Of a stretch of DNA of 64,000 nucleotides, positions 29,701 to 41,700 are shown one piece after another (position 1 is the stretch's first letter; each line of letters opens with the position of its first letter). Made by a program: the position numbers and the translations under genes. The notes beneath the pieces are model-generated. The model did no database searches and was not told the DNA's origin. It saw nothing but the letters and a program-made list of their open reading frames with translations. The stretch comes from an uncultured Selenomonadales bacterium. GTDB taxonomy: Bacteria > Bacillota > Negativicutes > Selenomonadales > Selenomonadaceae. The stretch covers positions 4,607-68,606 of the forward strand of contig CALFJC010000176.1 of the NCBI GenBank assembly GCA_937877655.1, read 5' to 3'.

Positions 29701-32700
29701 TCGCGCAGATTGCCGACGCAGATTTCACAATCGACGCCGCAACTTTGACTTCGGGCGGAAGTATCAGCGCGCCTTTCGAGGCAAAAGTTCTCACGCCTTC
29801 AACGGGAACTTTCAACGTCAACGGAAGAGATTATATCGCCGCCGCCGATTTGACGATTGACACAACCGAAGATTCTTCCACTTTGAACAAAGGAACCGTT
29901 TCGCTTAAGTCGGGCGGCTTTGTCGACATGACAAATGTTGATAATGATGTTTCCGTTGTAAGCGGCGACGGCTTGAAAGTTTCTGTTGAAAACGGCAGTT
30001 ATACTCTCGGCGGACTCAATAAAAATGACGTTTTCGCAATCGGCGGCTACAGCTACACGATGAAGAGCAACAATTTCATTGTTCGCGAAGATGCCGGCGG
30101 CAACGAAGAAATTTATATCTCCTCCGTTGTCGGCGGAGCACTTGCACAGGAAATTATTGACGAGCCGGATTATTGGAATGCATATGTTACCCTTGATTCA
30201 AGCAATAATCTCAATCTCAACAGCACAATCACGGGCGGCATAGTCATTTCAAAAGATTTCTTGGAAATGTTCGCGGATCTCACCGTCAACAGCACAAATA
30301 ATTTTAATGTCAACGCTCTTGACGGCGCGGATACTTCGGGAATTAAAGCGATTAATCTTACTGAAGAAAATTCTACTCTGACGACAGATTTTGCGGCGAC
30401 AGTCAAAACCGCTTCGGGCTCCAACACTTACACGATAAACGATAATCCTTACACCGCAAAAAATTCCGCGCTTGAAATTTCTGCGACAAAAGATTCTTCT
30501 ACGATAACGAAGGGCATAATCACTCTTAATGATTCAACGGTAATGACGACGAGCAATCACACAATCAGCGGCTCGGTCGATGAAATTAATGTTGCGTCAA
30601 TGAAATTCACTCCTTCAATCAACGAAGTTTTCTCGGTTGACGGTCAAAGTTACACGATGACGGCTGTCGGTTTGACGAAGGGCGGAGCATCCATTTGGAC
30701 GAAGGAAAGCGATACTTCATACATTTTGCCCGATGATGATGCTTGGTCGAATATGGCGAGTTTGAGTTCCGAAGGCGTCCTCAATTTGAGAAACGGAGCC
30801 GCCGAAGGCAGTACCGTTATCATCAACAGCGACGGAACCAAACGCATGGCTTCACTCATTCGCAGCGACAACACTTATACATTAAATGCTGTCGGCGGAA
30901 ATTCGATAGCTGCGATTCAACTCGGCGACTCGACAACCGACACTTTGACGCTTACCGCAGATTTTGATTCTGATGTTAAGACGGGCAACGGCGTTTATAA
31001 AGTCAACGGCTTAACCTACAAAGGCAACGGGCTTACGATAAAGTCGGAAAATAATTCTTCCGCACTTTACGGCGGCACAGTCAATCTTTCTGCCGACGAA
31101 GATTATAATTCTGTCATTGACTACACGAACGGTTACAACGTCACGGCGACGGGCGGCGACGGAATTAATGTTGCGGCATCGGAAGGCACAATCACAAATT
31201 TAACCAACCTTAACTCCGGCGACACTTTCATAATCGACAATGTTTATTATAAAGTTCTCGCCAATCAAACTTTTGTTCAAACCGAAACCGACGGCACTCC
31301 TTCAAAGCTCTACGAGAATTTAATTTCGGGCAGTTCCTTGAAATACTCCGACATTGTCAACGAAGATAATTTTGTAAATCTTATCGGGCTTGAGGACGGC
31401 GTACTGGATCTTACACAGCTTTACGGCGAGGACGGTTGGTCTGCCGTTATCGTAGCCGACAAAACCAATCCGATTAATCGCGTTGCCAAAGTCAGCTACA
31501 GCGACGCCGAAGGTTATAAACTCGAAACAACTTATAACGGCGACGACACCAAAATAACTTCAATCAAACTCGGCTCGGCGGTAACAAGTTTCTCGACAAC
31601 GCTCGATAAAAATGTTAATACAACGGCGACGGTTACTTACACCATTAATGATAAATTGTTCACCGCGCAGGATGATTTGACGATAGTAACGGCTGACGGC
31701 GGAGCAATTCTCACGAACGGAACGGTAAGCATTCCCGAAGGTGAAAATTATTCCGTAACGACTCGCAGAATAAACAGCGGCACTCAAACCAATGAAACAA
31801 TTCAATCGACTTCGGGAACAGTTACAGTCAATGTCGACAACACTTCGGGCACAGTAACAATCGGCGGGCTTAATGCAAATGAAACTTTCACCGTCGACGG
31901 CACGGAGTACACTGTAACAAATATTGGCTTGCTGAACGAAGACAAAGATTCTCTCAATGCTTCCGTTGCCGACACTTGGACTGTCGCAACCACAGATTTA
32001 AGCGGCTCGAATTGGAGAACGATTCTTTCCGTAACAAACGGCGCATTGGATTTAACCTCAAACACTCCTTTAAATGTTTCGGTCGTCGATATTTCTTCCT
32101 ATACAAATGCTTTCAAGTACGGCTTCTTGACTTACTCCGGCGGCACTTACACTTTAACGCAGGACGAGAACGAGTCTGCACTTTCAAGCATTACGATAAC
32201 GGGCACAAATGCAACTTTCGGCGCGAAGGCTTCGGGCGTTCCCATTACTTCCAACGGCGCAACTTTCAGCGTTACGGCGACAGATAATTTCACAATCAAT
32301 GCGGCGTCGACTTCAAATCCGCCTGCCGTAAGCGATACAACTTCCGTAACAGGAATTTATCTCAGCGCGGGAACAATTTCGGCTCCCGCCGACATTCCGA
32401 TAACGGCGAACGGAAAATCTGTTACTGCGACTTCAGGCGATATGACCGTTACCAATTCAAGCGGCACAATCACGGTTGAAGGATTAAATTCCGGCGAAAC
32501 ATTCACTGTCGACGGCGTAAATTACAAAGTTACGACGGCGGAAAAACTTTTCGACATAACCGATGAAGATGAACCGCAAGAAGTCATTACGGGTTTTGCG
32601 GACGGAATTTTCACGATAGACAACGCCGAGTTCATGAGAATAATTACGCTTAACGGCTCGGAACTTGATCTTAAGGAACAAACTTCAGACGCTTATGTTT

Positions 32701-35700
32701 ATGACAATCTGACTGACCCGACGGTAAAATATGCCGCCTTGACCGTAACGGGCGGCAAAACCAAAACTCTCACGGGCGAAACCGACACCACAACCATTCA
32801 AACCATAAACATTGCCGAAAACGATAATTTGACTGTCGACTTTGATACGCGAGTTCATTCGGAAATTGGAAATGTCATCGTCAACACAAAATCTTATTCG
32901 GGAACAACCGAGCTCGTGATTGATACCGACGGCACAACCACAAATTCCACGCTTTACAACGGAACGATTAATCTCAACACGACCTATTCTTCCGCAACAG
33001 ATTTCAGAAACAATACTTTGGAGAGAACAAGCGGCAAAGCTTTCACGGCAACCGCAACCAACGGACGATTCACCGAAATAAACAATCTCGACAACGAAGC
33101 GGCATTCACTTACGGCGGAAAAACTTATACGCAGAGCATTCCCGGTTTGATTATCGCGGACGAAAAAGTTATTTGCACCGATATTCTCGCGAACGAAACC
33201 ATTGCACTTGCCGATTTGACTTCCGAAACTTGGATTGACTTCCGTGCTCCCGTCAGCGGCGTGCTCGACATCTCCGCGCTCGATGACACTTACATTATTT
33301 ATGACGATGAAAATAATCCCACAAAACAACTCGCAACCTTTACCGTTGCAAGCGACGGCAAAAAAACTCTAGCCGACCACGAAAATAATGCCGCGTCCGA
33401 AATTGAGGCGGTTGAAATTGCGGCGGGCGACGTTTTGGCTGTCGACTTCGTCACAAAAATTAATTCGCCGATTGGAGAAGTCACCGTCAACGACAAAACT
33501 TATTCGGGAACAACCGCGCTTGTGATTGACAGTGCAACCGACAGCGAAGGCGAATACACTTCGACACTTTATAACGGGACAATTACTCTCGACAGAATAA
33601 ATTCTTCCGCAACGGATTCAAAAGAAAATACTTTGACAAGAGAAGGCGGCGCGTCTTCGGACGCGGACGGAACATTTACCGCGACGGCGGAGAACGGACG
33701 GTTCACGATAATTGAAGGGCTCGACCCGACCGAAAGTTTCACTTATCGCAATGTTACCTACGTCCAGAGCGAGCAGGGCTTGAGGAACGGAGCTTTTATT
33801 CGCAAAGACCTCGCGGGCACAACAATTAATCTTTCCGATTTAAGCGGCGCATGGAGTAATATCCTCGCGCCCGTCAAAGGCGTGCTCGACATTTCAGAAG
33901 TTACTGAAGATGCTCTTGTTTATGACAGTGCAACAAATCCGACGACGCAACTTGCAACTTTCACCGTTGACAGCGGCAAAAAAACTCTCGAAGATTATGA
34001 AGGCAATTCTTCTGCCATAACAAAAGTTGAACTTGCGGCGGGCGATGATTTGACGATTGATTTCGCAACGAAAATTTCTTCGCCGATTGGAACAGTTGCC
34101 GTCAACGGAAATTCTTATGTCGGCACAACCGCGCTTGAAATTGATTCCGTGATTAACTCGGACGATACAAAAGATTCAACTTTGACGAACGGCACGGTTT
34201 CTTTGGCTGAAGAAGATGATTTTGTTAAAACGACGGGCGGCTCCACAATCACTTACACAACCGCCGGCGACGGAATGACGGTTAAAGTCGACAATTCAGA
34301 CGAGACGGAAGCAATAACTTTTGACGGCTTGACTTTGGGCGATACTTTCTCTGTCGGAGAAATTTCTTACAGAATTTCCGAAATCGGTCCCGTAAATTCC
34401 GAAGGCAAATTGTGGCACGGAAATTCTTACACGGAAGGAATAACTCTCGCCGCGATTGAAACGGAAAGTAATTGGACGTCCATGTTGGCGGCGACGAATG
34501 GAGCTCTTTCAATCAGCGAGAACACATTGGAGGACGGCGGAGAATTTATTGTCGTCGATAACCTCAACGACCCGACGAAAATTTACGGCGACTTAACCAA
34601 GAGCGGCGACACTTACAAATTAACGAGACCGACCAACGCAAACGATAATTTGTCTTCGATAAATGCGAGCGGCATTGAAATTGAACTTGCAAATAACTTT
34701 GCGGGCGTCAATCTTGTTGCAAACATCTCCGAAATTTCCGATACAACTTTGATCAATGCAAACAGATCTTTCACGCTCGATGCAACGGATACAACGCCGA
34801 GCCTTTCAAATATCAGTTCACTCACTTTGAACGCGGGAACAATTTATGCCGCCGTCAATCAAACCGTTACGGCAGGAAATAATGTAATCACTCCTTCAAC
34901 GATTAACGGCGATATGATTATCGGGCTCGACACAATCAGCGGCATTGTCGAAGGCGATATTTTCACACTCGGCGAAGACACTTATAAAATGACGCCGATA
35001 GGTTTGGTCAACGATACCGATTCTTCCAAAACTTTGGTAACGAACGGAATTGAAAACGGAACTTTGACTGTCGCCGATATTGAAGAGACTCCGCTTATCG
35101 CGGTAAGTTCTGCAGGCATGCTCAATTTGTCGAATGCAGTTGCGGGAGATTCAATCGTTGTCGACAGTTTGACTTCGCCCGAAAATATTTACGGCGCACT
35201 TAACAAAGCCGAAAATATTTATACGCTTTACGAAGACGGAACGGCAGACGGAATTAAATTTATCGCAATGCCTGACGCCGATTCAACTTTGACAACGGAT
35301 ATTGCCGCCGAAGTCGATACAAACTCCGGCTCGAACACTTATATTGTCAACAGCAAAAAATATATCGCGGCTGATTCTTCACTTGCTATTGATACCGACG
35401 GCACAACCACCAATTCAACTTTAACCGACGGAAAAATTTCTTTGGCTGAAGAAAATGATTCCGTAGAAACAACGGGCGGCACTTCGATCACTTACACAGC
35501 CGACGGCGACGGGATGACGGTTGCGGTTGACGGCACGGGCGAGACTGAAGAAATAACTTTCGACGGCTTGACTTTTGGCGATACCTTTACAATCGGAGAA
35601 ATTTCTTACAAAGTCTCTGCAGTCGGTCCGATAAATTCAGACGGCAAACTTTGGAACGGAAATGTTTACACGGAAGGAATCACACTCGCAGCGATTAACA

Positions 35701-38700
35701 CGGAAAGTAATTGGACGCCGATGCTCGTTGCAACGAACGGAGCACTTACCGTCAACGCGAACACTTTAGTCGACGGCGATGAATATGTTCTTGTCGACAG
35801 CACAACCGACCCGACAAAAGTTTACGGCGACTTAGCGAAGGAAGACGGCAAATACACTCTGACGAAACCTTCTTCAGCCACAGATGATTTGTCTTCAATC
35901 AGCGTAAGCGGCATTTCGATTGAAATTGCTCCCGATTATGCGGGCATTCCGCTTCTTGCAAATGATTCAAATTTCTCTGACATAACCTTAAGTGATGAAG
36001 AAGAAACTTTTACTCTCGACGCGACAAATACAACGCCGAGTCTTTCAAATGTCAGTTCGCTCACTTTGAATGCGGGAACGATTTATGCCGCCGAAAATCA
36101 AACCGTCACAGTTGGCGAAAATGTAATTCTTCCTACCGCGATTAATTCCGAAGAATCCGAGAGCGAAACTTACGGCAAAATGACAATCGGGATGTCGACA
36201 ATCAGCGGCATTGACGAAGGCGAATCGTTCACTGTCAACGGAACAATTTACAAGATGCTCAACACGGGCTTATTCAACGATACCGACAATAAACTTGTGA
36301 CGGAAGGATTTGACGCGGGCGAATTTACCTTCGGAGACTTTGGCGAAATTCAACTTATCGAAGTAAGTTCTTCGGGCGCACTCAATTTGTCAAATGTTTT
36401 TGTGGGAGATTCAATCGTTGTTGATAAAGTTGAAAGTCCGGCAAATATTTACGGCTCGCTGAACAGAAACGGAAATGCTTACACGCTTGAAAAAGAAGGC
36501 GACTCGGACGGAATAAAATTTATCGCAATGCCCGACGCCGATTCTACATTGACAACGGACATTTCTGCGACAGTCAACACGCCGTCAAGCTCGAACACTT
36601 ACACAGTCAACGGAAAAGAATATTCGGCGGCTAACTCCGCGCTTGTGATTAACAGCGAAGGCACAACTTCAACTTTGACGGACGGAAAAATTTCTCTGGC
36701 TGAAGAAAATGATACAGTTACGACGACGGGCGGCAATGTGATAACTTACACCACCGACAGCGACGGAATGACTGTTGCAGTCGACGGCACAGGCGAGACG
36801 GAAGCAATAACTTTCGACGGCTTAACTTTGGGCGATACCTTCAAAGTCGGAGAAAATTCTTACAAAGTTTCGGCAGTCGGACCGATAAATTCGGACGGCG
36901 AACTTTGGAATGGAAATGCTTACACGGAAGGAATCACACTCGCGGCGATTGACACGGAGAGTAATTGGACGCCGATGTTTGTTGCAACGAACGGAGCACT
37001 TACTGTCAACGCTGAAACTCTTGCTGACGGCGAAGAATTTATTGTTGTCGACAACCTCAACGACCCGACGAAGATTTACGGCGACTTGACCAAAACGGAC
37101 GGCAAATACACTTTGACGAGACCGACCAACGCCACAGATGATTTGTCTTCAATCAGCGTGAGCAATATTGAAATTGAACTTGCGAATGACTTTGCGGGCG
37201 TCGATCTCGTTGCAAATGCCTCCGAAATTTCCGACACGGTTTTGACTAACGAAAATAAATCTTTCACACTTAACGCGACGAATACCACGCCGAGCCTTTC
37301 AAATGTCAGTTCGCTCACTTTGAACGCGGGAACGATTTATGCCGCCGAAAATCAAACAGTCACGGTTGGTGAAACGACAATTCTTCCGACTTCGATTAAC
37401 GCCGAAGACTCCGAAGCTGAAGAATACGGGAAAATGACAATCGGGCTTGACAAAATCAGCGGCATTGACGAAGGCGAATCGTTCACCGTCGACGAGACAA
37501 TTTACAAGATGCTCAACACAGGCTTATTCAACGACACCGACAACAAACTTGTGACGGAAGGATTTGACGCGGGCGAATTTACCTTCGGAGACTTTGGCGA
37601 AATTCAACTTATCGAAGTAAATTCTGCGGGCATGCTCAATTTGTCAAATACACTTGCGGGAAATTCTCTTGTTGTCGATAAAGTTGAAAGCCCGGCAAAT
37701 ATTTACGGCAAACTTAATCGCAACGGAAATGTTTACACGCTGGACAAAGAAGGCGACTCGGACGGAATAAAATCTGTGACGATGCCGAATTCAACTTCGA
37801 CTTTGACAACAGATATTTCCGCGACAGTCAACACGCCTTCAAGCTCGAATACTTACACCGTCAACGGCAAAGATTATTCGGCGGCTGATTCCGCACTTGT
37901 GATTAACAGCGACGGCACAACTTCAACTTTGACGAACGGAAAAATTTCTCTGGCAGAAGAAAATGATTCTGTTACGACGACGAGCGGTTCTATCATTACC
38001 TATAAAACTGTTGACGGCGACGGAATGACTGTTCAGGCGCGGACAAGCGGCAACGTAACTTTGGGCGGCTTGACTTCGGGCGACGCTTTCAAAGTCGGAG
38101 ATGATTCTTACAGAGTAACAGATCTCGGCTTCCACAACGGCAACGATTATCTGTGGACGAGCAATTCCAATTTCAAAAACGGAGTCTCCATTTCCGACAC
38201 GGGCACTGACGGCTTAAATAACTCCGACAACTGGACAAGAACCGTTGTTGCCGAAGACGGAGCACTTTCCGTCAAAGCCAATACTCTTGGCGACGGCGAA
38301 TCCGCAATTATCATTAACAGTTCGGCAAATGCGACGGCGACGCTCGGCACTTTGACAAAAACTTCCGACGGCTACACTTTAACCACCGATTCCGACGACG
38401 AAAAACTTTCAAGCATTTCTGTTGCCGGTACAAAACTCACAATCGCCGAAACCCTCGCCGATGTTCCCGTCTCGGCTCTCAAGGCGACGTTCACGGTTAC
38501 GGCTGAAGATCCTTTCACTGTCGACGCGACGGGCGATAATGTTTCAATCAGCGAAGACGCAACCGCCATTGAAATTTCCAAAGGCACAATCACTGCGACG
38601 ACCGCGCAGACCGTCACGGCAACCGAAGATTCGGGCAGTACAAAAGTTATCGTTCAGGATAACGGCACTTTCAATATCGGCGGCGAAGAATTCCTTGTTG

Positions 38701-41700
38701 CGGATAATCAAGATGATTTAACTTTCGGCATGACAAACGGCGTCCCCGATTCTGTCGACAAGCTTGAAAAAGATGCAAAAGTTACGATTGACGGAATAAC
38801 TTACACCGCGCCCGAAGACGGCTCGACTTTGAAATTTGCCGAAGAAGACGGCTGGTATTTCGACGGCTACATTCCTTCGGGCAACAAATATAATTTGACT
38901 GTCGACGGCAACGGAAATATCACGGTTGACGCGGGAGTAAAATTCACCGACGTTGTGGCGAGCGGAAAAACTTTGCCGTCCGACGGCGTGATAAAACTCG
39001 CGGCGGACATTAACAACGTTGCAGTCAACGTCACAAACAACGGCTCAACGCCAATCGCCATCAACGACAAAGATAATAATCCTCTCGTCGAAAATCTCGG
39101 CAGAGTCAAAAACGTTACCTTTGACGAAGCGGGCGTTATGGTTGAAAAAACTTCCGACGTTGCGGGCGCATTGTTCACAATCGATGTCGGAAAGAGTCTC
39201 GAAACCGAAACGGCAACGGTTACTTCAAATGCAAACGATTGCGAAGTCGGAATTGGTTCGAACGGAACTTCTTTCAGCATAGAAAAATCTGCGACGGTTG
39301 ATGCTCCCGTTAATACCGCGCTGACTCTCGGCAAGGCAAATTACACGGTCAACGGCGTAGAATTTTCTGCAAGCGGCACCGCGCAGGCAAGTATCACTTC
39401 GGCGGGCGTTAAAGTCGATTTGGTTTTAAGCGACGTGATAACTTATGAACAAACAGACTTCGACGGCACGGGCACTGCAACTGCCGACATTGACAAAGAA
39501 GGCGGCGTAAGTTTGACGAGCGGCGCAAGTGTTGCAGGCGCGGCGGGTAAAGCTCTCAACATTTCCGGAACAATCACTCTCGAAGCAAATACGATTGAGG
39601 CGGCGACTGCAACCGACGTTACGGCGAAAGCCGCCGGAATTGCCGTTGCCAATGATGATGTAACAGTTACGGGCGACGACAACGGCTATAAAGTCAACAT
39701 TGCCGAAGGGAAAATCACGGGGCTTGAAAAAATCGGCGGCTCGGACGGCGTCACGCTCGGCGGACTTTCAAACGGCACGATTAAAACCGATAAAGTCGGC
39801 GCGTTCACTGTGGCGGACAGAACTTTCACGGCGATTGGAGATGCCTCCGTCACTTACGGCATTGAAGACGGAAAAATTTCTTACGTCAACGACGTTGACA
39901 GCATTTTAAGCGGCGATTTCTCCGACGGCTTGGAAGTCAACGGCGGCGAAATTAAAATTACGGGCGAAAATGTAAGTCTCCGCGCAGATTCCGACACCGA
40001 CAGAGAAATTCTCGGCATGAAGAATAATTCGACGCTTACGACGGCGGAAGGCGTTACGAAAGTCGAACCGATTGGCGCGGGCAAATTCACTTTCGGAGAT
40101 CATACTTTTGAAACAGACGATTCAACAATTTCTTTCAATCTCTTAAACAGTTCGGTAAGAGGAATTGACAGCCTTGAAAGCGGCAACTTAATAATTTCTC
40201 AAGACGAAAATAATCTTGCCGTCAACGACGAAAATATTTCTTTGGAAGATATAAATTCGCCCGTGACGCTCGGCATTTCCGACAGCGATATTTCTTCGAT
40301 TTACGGGCTTAACGGCGGAATTGCGGGGCTTGATAATGCAACTGTCTTCGGACTTTCGACGGCGACCGTCAACGGAAAATTCTTCGACATAGAAGGCGAC
40401 GTTGTCAACGCAATTATTGTCGACGGAGATGTTCCGAGTCTTTACGGCTTGGACAGCGGCGCGACAGTCAAGAGTGCTCCGAATATCAACGCCCGCACAA
40501 CCGCGAACGGAACTTTCATTTTCCGCGACGACAAATACAATATCAACGACACGCTGGACGGAGTTGTTGTCTTCAGCACAAACATTAACAGCTACGTTAC
40601 GAATATCGGCGAGTTTGAAGGCTCAATCAGCGGCAATTTGGAAGAGATAAAACTCAACGATAAAGATTTCAATTCGTCAAGCGACAAAGTCACGGTTGCA
40701 AACGACGGCACGGACGTTATCGCGATTCACGGCTTGTCGAACGGCGACACAATCAGCGGCAGTCTTTCCTACGCAACTTATCTCATGCCCGAAGGAACTT
40801 TGACAGTCAATGAACAAGTTTTCATTCTGCGCGGCGATGATAACGGCGTAAGCATTTCGGGCGACGGACAAATTATTCTCGGCTTGGATAAAGACGCCAG
40901 CTTGACGGTTGCGAAGGGCGGAGACTTCAGCGTAAACAGCAACACTTTCGACGACGCTCCCGACGGCACAACCTTTATTGCGGGGCGCGACGGAGTTTAT
41001 ATCTACGATCCGAATAACAAACCGATTCACGAAATAACTCCCACCGACGACATAATTAAAAATCTTATCGGCGAGGCAGAGCCGGGCACGATAAGTTTAA
41101 GCGGCGATTCGGCGGCGTCCGTAATTGCAAGCGGCGAACTTGATTCTCCGATGGCTTTGACTTTGGACAACGCGACGGGCGCAAGCGTCCAAGTTGCCGA
41201 CTTCAGCAACAGCAAATATGCAAAACGCGTTACGCTTCTCGGCGGAGATCAAGATATTAAATTCAATGACGAAGGCAAAAATGCGGCGCATGTTGCCCCC
41301 GACGCGACTGGCAGAAAAAATATCGAGCTCGGCGACGGCGGCGATGTTGCGGTTAATGACAGCCCCTACGCAAAAGTTTCAATCAAGACGGGCAAAGGCG
41401 CAGATACAATCGTTAATCGCAAAGGCGCGAGCAGTACCGTTGACGTTAAGGAAAACGGCGATACAACGATTGTTCCGACTTCGGGCAGAGTGACGCTCCA
41501 GAATTACGACGAGAAAAATAACGCCAAGATCAGAAGCTTTGAATATGTCGACATGATCGGCGCGATTAAGAGCAATGAAATAAAATTCGGCGACGGCTTA
41601 ATGACTTTGGGAGATGCGGTTGTTGTCTTTGATCCCGAAGCCAAAGAAAAGGGCGGCACTTTTGCAAACCTTGTCGATTATGCGGGCGAAGAACACCGCG

